A program made the translations under genes and the position numbers. A DNA stretch of 62,861 bases, the filler included. It is 5 parts of 5 records of this genome, joined end to end, with 100 filler letters (N's around TTAATTAATTAA, not from the genome) between each part and the next. Parts side by side here need not be neighbours in the genome. Positions count along the whole stretch, not along the records: positions 7,450 to 35,844 come from SRR22947727_1791; 4 more parts are not named here. One strand, given 5' to 3'. The notes under the pieces are model-generated. The model ran no database searches, was not told the DNA's origin, and saw nothing but the letters and a program-made list of their open reading frames with translations. The number at the start of each line of letters is the position of its first letter. The stretch's first letter is position 1. Below, piece after piece: positions 21,484-34,638 of the stretch.

Positions 21484-22569
21484 ATGAGCGTAGTTTCTGA
21501 ACTTAAATCACGTGTTGTTACTGGTGAGCTAACCTCTGATCAATCTCAATTAGAAGCAGCCAAACATCTCGACGAATTATTGGAACGATTGTCTAATCGT
21601 TCAATTGAGTTCAGAAATTTTCGGTTGCGCCCTAAATTTATAAAAGGTTTATATCTTTGGGGCGGTGTTGGAAGAGGAAAATCAATGTTAATGGATTGGT
21701 TTTTTGATATGGCAGAGGTTAAAAATAAGAATAGAGTTCACTTTCATTCTTTTATGCTTAAAGTGCATTCACGAATGAACTATTGGCGTAAGTTTGGCGA
21801 AGGTGATCCCATTAAACCTGTAGCTAAAGAAATAGCTCAGGAATCTAAATTATTATGCTTCGATGAATTTCATGTTACTGATATTACTGATGCTATGATA
21901 CTTTCGCGTCTTTTTGAAGCTTTATGGAAAAAGGATATTGTTGTTGTTGCTACATCAAATAGATCTCCTGAAGAACTTTATAAAAATGGATTAAACCGCT
22001 CTCTTTTTTTACCTTTTATTCATTTGATGCATTCCTATTTAAAAATTCATGAATTTGGGGGGGCTACAGATCACAGACTAAGACAATTACAAGCAGCTCC
22101 GGTATATTACACACCATTAGGTGAAAAAGCTGCTGCTGCTGTAGATAAAGCGTGGCACCGCTTAACAGGCGTAGCTAGGGAACGGGAAACAATTTTAAGG
22201 ATACAGGGACGCAATTTAATAATTAGCCAAACTGCTGCAGGAACTGCTAGAACAACTTTTAACCATCTTTGTGCTAATGCATTAGGAGCCGCAGATTATC
22301 TTAAGCTTTCCCATGCTTTTCAAACATTAATCTTAGAAAACGTACCTAAGCTAGGAGCCCATAATCGTAATGAAGCTAAAAGGTTTGTTACATTAATAGA
22401 CACTCTTTATGAAACAAAAACAAAATTAATAATAAGTGCAGAGGTGGAGCCGCACGAACTTTATAATAAAGGTGATGGGGCGTTTGAATTTGAAAGAACA
22501 TCAAGCAGACTTATGGAGATGAGAAGTACTGAATATCTTAGTCAAAGACGAATACTTATTGAAGAGTAA
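21484..22569 (+). CDS. zapE: AFG1/ZapE family ATPase
   Basis: GLYLWGGVGRGKS, CFDEF, TSNR.P, RFVTLID. Confidence 0.93.
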   Translation: MSVVSELKSRVVTGELTSDQSQLEAAKHLDELLERLSNRSIEFRNFRLRPKFIKGLYLWGGVGRGKSMLMDWFFDMAEVKNKNRVHFHSFMLKVHSRMNYWRKFGEGDPIKPVAKEIAQESKLLCFDEFHVTDITDAMILSRLFEALWKKDIVVVATSNRSPEELYKNGLNRSLFLPFIHLMHSYLKIHEFGGATDHRLRQLQAAPVYYTPLGEKAAAAVDKAWHRLTGVARERETILRIQGRNLIISQTAAGTARTTFNHLCANALGAADYLKLSHAFQTLILENVPKLGAHNRNEAKRFVTLIDTLYETKTKLIISAEVEPHELYNKGDGAFEFERTSSRLMEMRSTEYLSQRRILIEE

Positions 22570-22639
22570 GGCTAATATTAATATCAATAAAAAATAAACT
22601 TTATTTATGGGTTATACTTATTGCGACTCGCTTAGTTAG

Positions 22640-23647
<1,008 letters not shown>

Positions 23648-23845
23648 TTTGGTTTTTTACAACAATCAAAACATTTTTATTTATTTATTAATTTGCCTCA
23701 ACTGATTTGAAAGCACTTGGTAAATTTTTTTGATCAAAATATGTTTTCGGCTGTTGCTAGTAAGAAATAGCACCCTTATAGACACTATCCAAGTTGGGAT
23801 TAAACTTAGTTCTAACCATTTGAAATAAAAGTTGAGAGAAACTCC

Positions 23846-25042
23846 ATGAATATCCATGAATATCAAGGCAAATCTGTACTTAAACAAATAGGTGCACCTG
23901 TATCTAAGGGAAAAGCAATATTTGATGCCTCTGAAGCTGAAGCAGCAGCGATAGAATTAGGGGGACCTCTTTGGGTTGTTAAATCGCAAATTCATGCTGG
24001 TGGTCGTGGAAAGGGTACTTTCATAGAAACCGCTGCTGGCGAAAAAGGCGGTGTCAGGTTGGCTTGGTCTATAGAAGAGGTTGTAGAAAATGCTCATCAA
24101 ATGCTTGGGTCTCATCTTGTGACTGCTCAAACTGGAAATGATGGCAAGCAAGTTAACAGGTTATATATTGAGGATGGCTCTGACATTGATCGTGAGCTTT
24201 ATCTTTCTATTATAATAAATAGAGAAACCTCTAGAGTATCATTTATAGTTTCTACTGAAGGGGGTATGGACATAGAGGCAGTTGCGCATGATACTCCTGA
24301 AAAAGTTATTAATTTTGACATTGACCCTGCTACTGGTTTTATGCCCCACCACGGCCGCAGACTTGCTAAAGCCTTAGAACTGGAGGGAGATTTAGCAAAA
24401 CAAGCAAATACTCTTGGACGCATATTATATGACGGATTTCTGTCTAAAGATATGAGCATGTTAGAAATTAATCCATTAATTGTTACTGAGAGTCAAAAAC
24501 TGCATTGTCTAGACGCTAAAATTAGTTTTGATGAGAATGCTCTTTTCCGTCATAAAGACATTCAAGAATTGCGCGATGCCACAGAAGAGGACTCTAAAGA
24601 AACCGAGGCTAAGAAATTTGATTTGTCATATGTAGCACTTGATGGAAATATTGGGTGCATGGTAAATGGTGCTGGACTGGCTATGTCAACTATGGATATC
24701 ATAAAGTTATATGGAGCAGAGCCTGCAAACTTTTTAGATGTGGGTGGAGGAGCCACAAAAGAAAATATTGTAGCTGCCTTTAAAATTTTGACATCAGATT
24801 CCAAGGTTAAGGGAATACTTATTAATATTTTTGGTGGAATAATGAAATGTGATGTTATTGCTCAAGGAACTGTAGATGCTGTCAAAGAGGTCGGTCTTAA
24901 GGTCCCTTTAGTTGTGAGGCTTGAAGGAACAAATGTAGAAGAGGGTAAAGATATAATCAATGACTCAGGTTTGAACGTAATAGCTGCTGATGACTTAGAT
25001 GATGCTGCACAAAAGATTGTAGCAGCGGTTGGAGCAATATAA
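23846..25042 (+). CDS. sucC: Succinyl-CoA synthetase beta subunit
   Basis: [32 protein letters not shown]. Confidence 0.97.
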   Translation: MNIHEYQGKSVLKQIGAPVSKGKAIFDASEAEAAAIELGGPLWVVKSQIHAGGRGKGTFIETAAGEKGGVRLAWSIEEVVENAHQMLGSHLVTAQTGNDGKQVNRLYIEDGSDIDRELYLSIIINRETSRVSFIVSTEGGMDIEAVAHDTPEKVINFDIDPATGFMPHHGRRLAKALELEGDLAKQANTLGRILYDGFLSKDMSMLEINPLIVTESQKLHCLDAKISFDENALFRHKDIQELRDATEEDSKETEAKKFDLSYVALDGNIGCMVNGAGLAMSTMDIIKLYGAEPANFLDVGGGATKENIVAAFKILTSDSKVKGILINIFGGIMKCDVIAQGTVDAVKEVGLKVPLVVRLEGTNVEEGKDIINDSGLNVIAADDLDDAAQKIVAAVGAI

Positions 25043-25929
25043 TGTCAGTTCTTATTAATAAAGATACAAAAATTATTACTCAAGGCATGACTGGTAAAAC
25101 CGGTACATTCCATACAGAGCAAGCCCTTGCTTATTATGACACCAAAATGGTTGCTGGCGTTACTCCAGGAAAAGGTGGAAGTACTCATATTGGCTTACCA
25201 AATTATGATACTGTTGCTGAGGCTAAACATGCTACAGGTGCTACAGCTTCAGTAATTTATGTACCTCCTCCCTTTGCAGCCGACTCAATTCTAGAGGCTA
25301 TAGAGGCTCAGATGGAATTAATTATTACAATTACTGAAGGAGTTCCTGTAGCTGATATGATACCTGTTAAACGAGCACTTCAAGGCTCAAATTCAAGGCT
25401 AATAGGCCCTAATTGCCCAGGTGTTTTAACTCCAGAAGAATGTAAGATTGGTATTATGCCAGGTAAAATATTCAAAAAAGGAAGTTGTGGTGTTGTATCT
25501 CGTTCAGGAACATTAACATATGAAGCTGTCTTTCAAACTTCTCAAGTTGGCTTAGGTCAAACCACTGCCATTGGAATTGGAGGAGATCCTATTAATGGAA
25601 CAAACTTCATTGATTGTTTGGAACTATTTTTTAACGATGAAGACACCAAACAAATAATTATGATTGGTGAGATCGGAGGATCGGCTGAAGAAGAAGCTGC
25701 TGAATATGTTTCTCATATGGCAAAAAAGGGTATCAAAAAACCTATGGTTGGGTTTATTGCGGGGCGTACTGCTCCCCCAGGTCGTACTATGGGGCATGCT
25801 GGAGCTATAGTTTCCGGCGGAAAAGGCGGTGCTGAAGATAAAATAATGGCAATGGAAAAAGCAGGAATACGTGTTTCTGAGTCGCCTGCAAAGCTCGGTG
25901 TTACAATGATGGAAGTTCTCAACGGATAG
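25042..25929 (+). CDS. sucD: Succinyl-CoA synthetase alpha subunit
   Basis: [21 protein letters not shown]. Confidence 0.97.
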   Translation: MSVLINKDTKIITQGMTGKTGTFHTEQALAYYDTKMVAGVTPGKGGSTHIGLPNYDTVAEAKHATGATASVIYVPPPFAADSILEAIEAQMELIITITEGVPVADMIPVKRALQGSNSRLIGPNCPGVLTPEECKIGIMPGKIFKKGSCGVVSRSGTLTYEAVFQTSQVGLGQTTAIGIGGDPINGTNFIDCLELFFNDEDTKQIIMIGEIGGSAEEEAAEYVSHMAKKGIKKPMVGFIAGRTAPPGRTMGHAGAIVSGGKGGAEDKIMAMEKAGIRVSESPAKLGVTMMEVLNG

Positions 25930-25959
25930 GAGCATAATTGCTCTGAAAGACGGTATGTT

Positions 25960-28923
25960 ATGACTAACAAAGGTCGTAGTAAAAAAAATAAAGAAATGCT
26001 CGAGACATTATTTCTTGATGGCGGAAACGCATCTTATCTTGAAAAAATGCAAGCTAAGTATTTTGCTGACCCTCAAAGTGTTGACCCTAGTTGGCAGCAA
26101 TATTTCTTTTCTTTGGATGAAGATCCTGGAAATGCTAAATTAAATGCTAATGGCCCAAGTTGGAAATCTGAAAATTGGCCCAAAGATATTAATGGAGAAA
26201 TAACTTCAGCTCTAACTTCAGACTGGATTGAAAATGTTACATTAGAAAAAAAAGTTTCTAAACATATGCCCAATGCTTCTATTGACGATATTAGGCAGGC
26301 AACTAAGGATAGTTTACGTGCTTTGATGTTAATTAGAGCTTTCCGTATGAGAGGGCATTTAATAGCTACTCTAGATCCACTAAATATGCAGAAACCTGAA
26401 GTACACTCGGAGCTCGAACCTTCAACATATGGGTTTTCTGATAGTGATTTGGATAGAGAGATTTTTATCGATGGAGTTCTAGGATTACAAACTGCATCTA
26501 TTAATCGAATACTAGAAATTGTTAAGCGTACTTATTGTTCGACCTTTGGAATGCAATTTATGCATATATCTGACCCAGATGAAAAGAGTTGGCTGCAACA
26601 ACGTATCGAGGGCCCAGATAAAGAAATTAGTTTTTCTAAAGAAGGCAGAAGAGCAATTTTACATAAACTTATAGAGGGCGAAGCGTTTGAACAACTTATT
26701 CACAAACGATACCCTGGTACAAAACGTTTCGGTTTAGATGGTGCTGAGAGTTTGCTACCAGCATTAGAACAAATTATTAAACGGGGAGGGCAGTTGGGGC
26801 TTGAAGATATTAATTTTGGTATGCCGCACAGAGGTCGTTTAAATGTAATGGCCTCAGTAATGCAAAAGCCTTATTCTGCTATTTTTCATGAATTTTTAGG
26901 AGGTGTATCATCAGGGGGCGATGACTATGGTTCTGGAGACGTAAAATATCACTTAGGTGTATCTAACGACCGTCAATTTGATGGAAATAAAGTACACCTT
27001 TCTCTCGCGCCTAACCCTTCGCACCTTGAGGTTGTTTCACCTGTAGTCATGGGTAAGGCCAGAGCAAAGCAACAAATGGCTTCTGGGACATATCAATCCC
27101 ATAACCCCGAAAAAGTAATGGCAGTCATTCTTCATGGGGATAGTGCTTTTGCTGGTCAGGGTGTTGTTATGGAATGTTTCCAAATGAGCCAATTAGTGGG
27201 TTACAGAACTGGAGGTACTATTCATGTGGTAGTAAACAACCAAATTGGCTTCACAACTACACCAAGTGAGTACCGTTCTGGTCAATACTGCTCTGATGTG
27301 GCGTTTATGGTTGAGGCACCAGTATTTCATGTTAACGGCGATGACCCAGAATCAGTAGTGTTTGCTGCACGGGTGGCAACTGAGTACCGTCAGAAATTTG
27401 GAAAAGACGTTGTGCTTGATATCATTTGCTACCGAAGATATGGACACAATGAAGGTGATGATCCTTCTTTTACTCAACCACTGATGTATAAAGCAATTGA
27501 TGGAAAAAAGACAACAAGAGAGATTTATGCAGACCGTTTAATCAAAGCGGGTGATTTAACTGTAGAAGAACATCAAGGTGATGTAGCCAATGTTTACGCA
27601 AAGCTAGACTCTGAATTTGAAAAAGCAAAGTCATTTAAAACTCAACCCCCAGATTGGTTACAAGGAGTTTGGCAAGGCTTATCTCAGCCAGAAGCAAAAG
27701 ATGAGAGACGCCAAGGCGATACATCGGTAAAGTTAGAAGTGCTAAGAGAAATTGGCAAAAAAATTACTTCAATACCTGAAACTGTTAATATTCATCGCAC
27801 TTTAAAACGAATTATAAATGCTAGATTTGAAAAAATTATTGCAGAGAAAAATATTGATTGGGGTCTAGCTGAGCATTTAGCCTTTGGAACATTAATTTCC
27901 GAGGGACATCCTGTACGACTATCTGGTCAAGATTCAGAAAGAGGTACTTTTTCACAAAGACAGTCACATATAATAGATCAAGTAACTGAAGAGAAATATA
28001 CACCTTTAAATAATATCTCCGATACACAAGAGTATTATCAAGTATTAAACTCACATTTATCGGAAGAAGCTGTTTTAGGATTTGAATATGGCTTTTCTTC
28101 CGCAACTCCTAAAGGTTTAACAATATGGGAAGCGCAATTTGGTGATTTTGCTAATGGTGCTCAAGTCATGGTCGACCAATTTATTTCAAGTGCTGAGCAA
28201 AAGTGGTTACGAATGTCGGGTCTTGTTATGTTATTACCGCATGGATATGAGGGTCAAGGCCCTGAGCATAGTTCAGCTAGGCTCGAACGTTATTTACAAA
28301 TGTGTGCTGAAGATAATATGCAAGTAACTAATGTAACTACTCCTGCAAATTACTTTCATGTTTTGAGGCGTCAAGTTAAGCGTAATTTCAGGAAGCCTTT
28401 AATAAATATGAGCCCAAAGTCTCTACTTCGTCATAAATTATGTGTTTCTACCTTTGAAGAAATGTCAACAGGGTCTGATTTTCATAGGCTTTTGTGGGAT
28501 GATGCAGAGTTTAGACCAGAAGTAACTAATATAAAACTATGTTCTGATAATAAGATAAAACGGGTTATCATTTGCTCTGGTAAGATTTATTATGATTTAT
28601 TTGAAGCAAGAGAAAAATTGCATAGAAATGATGTTTATCTACTCAGAGTAGAGCAATTATACCCTTACCCTGAGCATGCGATGAATAAAGAATTGAAGCG
28701 ATTTAACAATGCAGAATTTGTTTGGTGTCAAGAAGAACCTAAAAATATGGGCGCTTGGTCTTTTATAAACCCACTTATTGATGAAACATTATTATCTATA
28801 AATGTAAAGCAAGATCGTATACGTTATATAGGACGAGCCTCCGCAGCCTCGACTGCAACAGGTATTGCAGTTAAACATAAAAGAGAACAGCAAAGCATTA
28901 TTGATAATGCTTTTACAAAATAG
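25960..28923 (+). CDS. sucA: 2-oxoglutarate dehydrogenase E1
   Basis: GMPHRGRLN, GDVKYHLG, HGDSAF, LPHGYEGQGPEHSS. Confidence 0.97.
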   Translation: MTNKGRSKKNKEMLETLFLDGGNASYLEKMQAKYFADPQSVDPSWQQYFFSLDEDPGNAKLNANGPSWKSENWPKDINGEITSALTSDWIENVTLEKKVSKHMPNASIDDIRQATKDSLRALMLIRAFRMRGHLIATLDPLNMQKPEVHSELEPSTYGFSDSDLDREIFIDGVLGLQTASINRILEIVKRTYCSTFGMQFMHISDPDEKSWLQQRIEGPDKEISFSKEGRRAILHKLIEGEAFEQLIHKRYPGTKRFGLDGAESLLPALEQIIKRGGQLGLEDINFGMPHRGRLNVMASVMQKPYSAIFHEFLGGVSSGGDDYGSGDVKYHLGVSNDRQFDGNKVHLSLAPNPSHLEVVSPVVMGKARAKQQMASGTYQSHNPEKVMAVILHGDSAFAGQGVVMECFQMSQLVGYRTGGTIHVVVNNQIGFTTTPSEYRSGQYCSDVAFMVEAPVFHVNGDDPESVVFAARVATEYRQKFGKDVVLDIICYRRYGHNEGDDPSFTQPLMYKAIDGKKTTREIYADRLIKAGDLTVEEHQGDVANVYAKLDSEFEKAKSFKTQPPDWLQGVWQGLSQPEAKDERRQGDTSVKLEVLREIGKKITSIPETVNIHRTLKRIINARFEKIIAEKNIDWGLAEHLAFGTLISEGHPVRLSGQDSERGTFSQRQSHIIDQVTEEKYTPLNNISDTQEYYQVLNSHLSEEAVLGFEYGFSSATPKGLTIWEAQFGDFANGAQVMVDQFISSAEQKWLRMSGLVMLLPHGYEGQGPEHSSARLERYLQMCAEDNMQVTNVTTPANYFHVLRRQVKRNFRKPLINMSPKSLLRHKLCVSTFEEMSTGSDFHRLLWDDAEFRPEVTNIKLCSDNKIKRVIICSGKIYYDLFEAREKLHRNDVYLLRVEQLYPYPEHAMNKELKRFNNAEFVWCQEEPKNMGAWSFINPLIDETLLSINVKQDRIRYIGRASAASTATGIAVKHKREQQSIIDNAFTK

Positions 28924-28932
28924 GTTGAATAT

Positions 28933-30414
28933 ATGACTGATATTATCATACCGAATGTTGGTGAAAGTGTTTCTGAAGTCACAATTGCTCAATGGTTTAA
29001 AAAAGTAGGTGATATAATAAAAAAAGATGATCCAATTCTTGAACTCGAAACCGATAAAGCTGCCCAAGAAATTGTATCTCCTGCGGACGGTGTCATAGAA
29101 GAAATATTAGCCAAAGAGGGCGATAATGTTGCGGTGGGAACTTTAGTAGCGCGTATAAATTCGAATAATCCCAGTCTTGCTCTACAAAAAGACATATCTG
29201 CTTCTAATAATACTTCTTCAACTCAAATTACAGTTCCGAATTTAGGAGAATCAGTATCGGAAGTTACTATTGCATCTTGGAGCAAAAATATTGGAGATAA
29301 AGTAGTTAAAGATGAGGCTATAGTCGAATTAGAAACTGATAAAGCCTCTCAAGAAATTGTAGCCCCCTTTACAGGTATAATTACTGCCATCAATGTTATT
29401 GAAGGCGAAACTGCATCAGTCGGCCAAGTTCTTTGCGAGTTAAAGCTAATTGATTCAAATAAAAACGCTGATAATAATAAAGAAAGTGGAGTATCTGATA
29501 ATAAAGCAGAAGCATTGAAGCCTAAGAAAGCCCCTATGCCAAGTGCTGAGAGGCTTATCAAAGAAAAGGATCTCAATATATCATCTATGAAAGGTACGGG
29601 TAAGGATGGCCGAATAACCAAAGGTGACACTTTGTCTGCCATTGCAAATACTAATTTAGATGCTCCAGATTCTATCGAAAGCAATATAAATGGGACTGGA
29701 TTAAAAGTATCAGAATTAAGAGAAGAACGAGTACGGATGTCTCGGTTGCGCCAAACAATTTCTCGTCGTTTGAAAGATGCTCAGAACACTGCTGCTATGC
29801 TTACTACCTATAATGAAGTAGATATGAGTAACATAATTCGGATGAGAAATAATTATAAAGAAATCTTTGTTTCAAAGCACGGTGTAAAATTGGGCTTTAT
29901 GAGCTTTTTTGTTAAAGCATGCGTACAAGCACTAAAAGATGTTCCAGCTGTTAATGCTGAAATAGATGGTACCGATATTATTTATAAGAATTATTATGAT
30001 ATTAGTGTTGCTGTTGGAACACCAAAAGGACTTGTAGTTCCAGTACTGCGAAGTTGCGATAGTCTTTCACTTGGAGGTATTGAAAGAGGTATAGGCGACT
30101 TAGGAGCAAAGGCTCGTGACGGATTGCTTTCAATGGATGATATGATGGGAGGCACGTTTACTATTTCCAATGGTGGAGTCTATGGTTCATTGATGTCATC
30201 ACCAATATTAAACCCTCCGCAGGTTGGTATCTTAGGGATGCATAAAATAGAGAAGCGCCCTATTGTAATAGATAATCAAATTGTTATCAGACCGATGATG
30301 TATTTGGCATTGAGTTATGATCACCGCATAGTTGATGGCAAAGAGGCTGTAACTTTTCTGGTAAGAGTTAAAGAGTGTTTAGAGGATCCTGAACGTTTAT
30401 TGCTAGACCTGTAA
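28933..30414 (+). CDS. sucB: Dihydrolipoamide succinyltransferase E2 with two lipoyl domains
   Basis: Two ELETDKA lipoyl motifs, E3-binding [17 protein letters not shown]. Confidence 0.96.
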   Translation: MTDIIIPNVGESVSEVTIAQWFKKVGDIIKKDDPILELETDKAAQEIVSPADGVIEEILAKEGDNVAVGTLVARINSNNPSLALQKDISASNNTSSTQITVPNLGESVSEVTIASWSKNIGDKVVKDEAIVELETDKASQEIVAPFTGIITAINVIEGETASVGQVLCELKLIDSNKNADNNKESGVSDNKAEALKPKKAPMPSAERLIKEKDLNISSMKGTGKDGRITKGDTLSAIANTNLDAPDSIESNINGTGLKVSELREERVRMSRLRQTISRRLKDAQNTAAMLTTYNEVDMSNIIRMRNNYKEIFVSKHGVKLGFMSFFVKACVQALKDVPAVNAEIDGTDIIYKNYYDISVAVGTPKGLVVPVLRSCDSLSLGGIERGIGDLGAKARDGLLSMDDMMGGTFTISNGGVYGSLMSSPILNPPQVGILGMHKIEKRPIVIDNQIVIRPMMYLALSYDHRIVDGKEAVTFLVRVKECLEDPERLLLDL

Positions 30415-30484
30415 TAATTTTAATTGTGTTGTAGGAATTTAATGTTGACTGAATTAATAATAATTAACCACCTTCGGAGTTTTA

Positions 30485-31870
30485 ATGTCAAATAATTATG
30501 ATGTGATAGTTATTGGTGGAGGTCCTGGAGGCTATAATTGTGCTATTCGTTGTGGGCAGCTAGGGTTGAAGGTCTTATGTGTAGAAAGTCGAAAAACACT
30601 AGGCGGAACATGCTTAAATGTGGGATGTATTCCTTCAAAGGCATTGCTACATTCGACTGAAATGCTCGAAACAGCTCAAAATGATTTTATAAATATGGGT
30701 CTTATAGGTGATATTAGTTTTGATCTAAAAAAAATGATGTCAGCTAAAGAAAAAACAGTTAACGGTCTTACATCAGGAATTGAGTTTTTATTTAAAAAAA
30801 ATAATGTTATTCATATAAATGGAACTGGTAAAATTATTAATGACTCTACAGTTATGATTGATGGAGCATCTTATAGTACTAAAAATATTGTTATCGCTAC
30901 CGGTTCTAATGTTACAAAATTACCGAATGTAGAAATTGATGAGAAGAATATTGTATCTTCGACTGGCGCGTTGAAATTAGATAAAGTTCCAACTAAATTA
31001 GTTGTTATAGGCGGTGGTGTTATAGGTCTAGAACTCGGGTCTGTCTGGCGTCGTTTGGGCTCTGAAGTAACAGTAGTAGAGTATCTTGATCATATAATGC
31101 CAGGCATGGATTCTGAAGTTCAAAAACAAGCTTTGCGTATTTTTAAAAAGCAAAAAATGAAATTTGAACTTAGTAGAAAAGTTATAAGCGTTAATAAAAT
31201 AAGTCATGGTTTAGAAGTTCAAACTGAAGCAAGCTCCGGTGGTAATTTAAAAACTATTAATGCTGATGTTGTCTTAGTTTGCATTGGTCGAAAACCTAAT
31301 ACTGATGACCTTGGACTAGACGATATAGGTCTTAAAAAAAATGAACATGGTTTTATAGTAACGGATAATTTTAAAACAAATATATCGAATATTTATGCTG
31401 TTGGTGATTGTACAACAGGCCCAATGTTGGCCCATAAAGCCGAGGATGAAGGTGTTGCAGTTGCAGAAATTATAGTTGGAAAGGCTGGTCATGTTAATTA
31501 TGAAGTAATTCCAGGTGTGGTTTACACATCTCCAGAAATTGCTTCTGTTGGTAAAACAGAGCAGGATTTAACAAACGCTAATATACCTTTTAAGCGAGGA
31601 AAATTTTCTTTTGCTGCAAACTCTAGAGCTCGCGCAAATCATCAAACTACCGGATTTGTAAAGATTCTTGCCCATGCGGAAACAGATGAAATTTTAGGTG
31701 CACATATAATTGGTTCTCATGCTGGTGACTTAATTGCTGAAATAGCTTTAGCTATGGAATTTAAGGCTTCGAGCGAAGATGTAGCACGTACATGCCATGC
31801 TCATCCTACTATCACTGAGGCTATCCGACAGGCGGCTATGGATGTTGAAGATTGGGCAATGCAAAGCTAA
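30485..31870 (+). CDS. lpdA: Dihydrolipoamide dehydrogenase (ODH-linked)
   Basis: GGTCLNVGCIPSK, HAHPT..E. Confidence 0.96.
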   Translation: MSNNYDVIVIGGGPGGYNCAIRCGQLGLKVLCVESRKTLGGTCLNVGCIPSKALLHSTEMLETAQNDFINMGLIGDISFDLKKMMSAKEKTVNGLTSGIEFLFKKNNVIHINGTGKIINDSTVMIDGASYSTKNIVIATGSNVTKLPNVEIDEKNIVSSTGALKLDKVPTKLVVIGGGVIGLELGSVWRRLGSEVTVVEYLDHIMPGMDSEVQKQALRIFKKQKMKFELSRKVISVNKISHGLEVQTEASSGGNLKTINADVVLVCIGRKPNTDDLGLDDIGLKKNEHGFIVTDNFKTNISNIYAVGDCTTGPMLAHKAEDEGVAVAEIIVGKAGHVNYEVIPGVVYTSPEIASVGKTEQDLTNANIPFKRGKFSFAANSRARANHQTTGFVKILAHAETDEILGAHIIGSHAGDLIAEIALAMEFKASSEDVARTCHAHPTITEAIRQAAMDVEDWAMQS

Positions 31871-31901
31871 CTTTATTAATCAATTAGAAAGTCAATCGCA
31901 T

Positions 31902-33191
31902 TTGTGTATTCATAAAATTATAAGATTTTTCAGTATATTTTTTACAGTAATTCTTACCTTGTCAGCATCCGATATTGAGAAAATTTCTCATAATAATATG
32001 AATGAAATTGATAATCTTTTACGTACTTCTGTTTTAAATAAAGAAGTAATTGGAGTATCAGCTTTAATCTACGATGAGGGAAGCGTTATCTATAAAAATT
32101 CATATGGTTTGCGTGATCGGGAACGAAATACCCCGGTAGAAGTAGATACTATTTGGAGAATTTTTTCCATGACAAAACCAGTAACTGCAACAATAATTAT
32201 GGATTTGAAAGAAGAAAAAAAACTAAATCTTTCTGACCCTGTTTCTAAATATATTCCTGAAATTGATAATATGCAGGTAGCAAGAATTGATGAAAATGGG
32301 TTTGTAAGTCTTGAGTCACAAAATAGAGCTATTACTTTAGAAGACTTAATGTTGCATCGTTCAGGAATGGGCTATGGTATATTTGGTTCTCAAAGCATCC
32401 TTACGTCCTTATACAATGATGCTGAACTTTTTTATGTGGTTGATAAAAAGTCCGGAATATCAGAGAGCATGGAAAAAAAAATGATTAAGCTATCCAAGCT
32501 GCCTTTATTGTTTCAGCCTGGTGAGGCTTGGTACTATAGTTACTCAATGGATGTACTTGGTAGAGTTGCTGAAGTTATTGAAGGTAAGAAATTAGGAGAG
32601 ATAATGGAGGAGCGGCTGTTTAAACCGCTTGGTATGACTGATACTAGTTTTGCAATTAAACCAGAGCAACAAAAACGATTTGCTTCAAACTACTTTAGAA
32701 CAAAGGAAGGAAATTTCATTTTAATAGAGGATGGACAAAATAGCCCTTTTGCTAATCCTTTGAATGAATTCCAAAGTGGAGGAGCAGGACTTGTTTCTAC
32801 AATAGATGATTTTACTATATTTGCTAAACTTATACTCGATGGAGGAAAATATAAAGGCCATAGAGTATTAGATGAAGAAACTATTGATTTAATGATAAAA
32901 GATCATATGGGGCAAGATAAGCCTTATTTAATTCCATGGTTGGGTCCTGATTTTATGTCAGGTTTTGGTTATGGTGGATCTATTCAAATTAACGAAACAC
33001 CCGAGCAGTTAGCTAGAAACGGTAAAGGCATTGGTCATTGGGGTTGGTCAGGAGCGGCTCGCACAATTTTCTGGATTGACCGAAAAAATAATTCATTCGG
33101 TATACTGTTGCTACAGTTCCTGAGTGATGAGGATCCAAAAATACATGATGAATTTAGAGCTTTAGCATTTGCTATGACTAAAAATCAGTAA
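31902..33191 (+). CDS. Serine hydrolase, beta-lactamase/class C esterase family; start uncertain
   Basis: FSMTKP (SxxK), FQPGEAWYYS, WGWSG; the TTG start would give a signal-peptide-like N-terminus. Confidence 0.85.
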   Translation: MCIHKIIRFFSIFFTVILTLSASDIEKISHNNMNEIDNLLRTSVLNKEVIGVSALIYDEGSVIYKNSYGLRDRERNTPVEVDTIWRIFSMTKPVTATIIMDLKEEKKLNLSDPVSKYIPEIDNMQVARIDENGFVSLESQNRAITLEDLMLHRSGMGYGIFGSQSILTSLYNDAELFYVVDKKSGISESMEKKMIKLSKLPLLFQPGEAWYYSYSMDVLGRVAEVIEGKKLGEIMEERLFKPLGMTDTSFAIKPEQQKRFASNYFRTKEGNFILIEDGQNSPFANPLNEFQSGGAGLVSTIDDFTIFAKLILDGGKYKGHRVLDEETIDLMIKDHMGQDKPYLIPWLGPDFMSGFGYGGSIQINETPEQLARNGKGIGHWGWSGAARTIFWIDRKNNSFGILLLQFLSDEDPKIHDEFRALAFAMTKNQ

Positions 33192-33201
33192 ACTAGATCA
33201 G

Positions 33202-34593
33202 TTAAAAGTGTATTGTTCTATTATATGCGTTTAATACAGCTTCATGCATCATTTCGGATAAAGTAGGGTGCGGGAATACTGTTTCCATTAATTCATGCTC
33301 AGTTGTTTCTAGTTTTTGTGCAATTGTATAGCCTTGAATAAGTTCAGTGACTTCGGCTCCAATCATATGCGCTCCTAATAGCTCACCTGTTTCTTCATTA
33401 AAAATAGTCTTTATTAATCCCTCAGGCTCTCCTAAAGCTATTGCTTTACCATTACCTACAAATGGAAATTTCCCAACTTTTACTCTATAGCCTGCTTTTA
33501 TGGCTTGTTTTTCTGTATAACCCACGGATGCAATCTGGGGGTGGCAATAAGTGCAGCCAGGAATAGATATCGGATTTAGAGGCTCTGGGTTTCTACCCGC
33601 TATTTTTTCAATGCATATTATGCCTTCATGGGATGCCTTATGAGCTAGCCAGGGAGGTGTAGTCACATCACCTATAGCGTATAATCCTTTAATACCAGTT
33701 TGGCTAAACTCATTAACTGAAATGTGATTTTTATTAACTTTAACACCCAATTTTTCAAGCCCTATATTTTCAGTGTTTCCTACAATACCTATTGCAAGAA
33801 TTACTCTGTCATAAGTTTTTGTATTACTTTCACTTATATTTTCAAGGACTGCCTTAACCCCATTTTCAACAACTTTTAAAGTTGCTTTTGAGTTTGTTAT
33901 AATTTTTATCCCACGTTTAGAGAATGCTTTTTTTGCCAATGCAGATATTTCTTCATCTTCTGCAGGTAAAATTCTATCTTCCATTTCAACTACTGTAACT
34001 TTTGAACCAAAAGCATTATAAAATGAAGCAAATTCCATACCAATGGCACCAGAGCCGATAACCAGAAGTTTGTTTGGCATAGTGTCAGGAATCATTGCCT
34101 CTTTTGCAGACCATATATACTTTCCGTCTGGCTCTAAACCAGCTTGTGGTATGGTTCGAGCCCTTGCTCCTGTTGCTAATATAACATGCTTAGCATTGTA
34201 TATTTTTCTATCAACATGAACTTCTGGTGCTGCTTTTCCGGGTTGTAGAGATGCAAAACCATCTATAATTTTTACATTGTTTTTGCTCAATAGATGCTTA
34301 ATCCCTCCCGATAGCTGATTAGCAATATTTCGAGATCTTTGAACTATACTTTTTAAATTAAATTCAGGAGAGGCCGATAACCCATAGTCCTCAGCGTGCT
34401 TCATATTGCTATATACTTCAGCTGATCTGAGGAGAGCTTTGGTAGGTATGCAGCCCCAGTTCAAGCAAACTCCGCCTAGACTATCTTTTTCAATTATAGC
34501 TGTTTTAAAACCAAGTTGACTTGATCTGATGGCAGTTACATATCCACCAGGACCTGATCCTATTATGATGACGTCAAAGTTTGTATCAGACAT
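33202..34593 (-). CDS. lpdA: Dihydrolipoamide dehydrogenase (PDH-linked)
   Basis: GGVCLNWGCIPTK, FPHPTLSE. Confidence 0.96.
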   Translation of the reverse strand: MSDTNFDVIIIGSGPGGYVTAIRSSQLGFKTAIIEKDSLGGVCLNWGCIPTKALLRSAEVYSNMKHAEDYGLSASPEFNLKSIVQRSRNIANQLSGGIKHLLSKNNVKIIDGFASLQPGKAAPEVHVDRKIYNAKHVILATGARARTIPQAGLEPDGKYIWSAKEAMIPDTMPNKLLVIGSGAIGMEFASFYNAFGSKVTVVEMEDRILPAEDEEISALAKKAFSKRGIKIITNSKATLKVVENGVKAVLENISESNTKTYDRVILAIGIVGNTENIGLEKLGVKVNKNHISVNEFSQTGIKGLYAIGDVTTPPWLAHKASHEGIICIEKIAGRNPEPLNPISIPGCTYCHPQIASVGYTEKQAIKAGYRVKVGKFPFVGNGKAIALGEPEGLIKTIFNEETGELLGAHMIGAEVTELIQGYTIAQKLETTEHELMETVFPHPTLSEMMHEAVLNAYNRTIHF

Positions 34594-34638
34594 TTTTTGA
34601 TCTACTTTTTGTATGTTAAGTTAACATGAAAGCTTTGT

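Noticed and set aside
21230-21487. 85-aa ORF upstream of zapE
   Set aside because: The TTG start abuts the divergent gene's start and there is no recognisable motif. A shorter peptide from an internal ATG cannot be excluded but is unsupported.
31797-33191. Antibiotic-resistance beta-lactamase
   Set aside because: The SxxK fold is shared with widespread esterases and peptidases; nothing here specifically supports beta-lactam hydrolysis.
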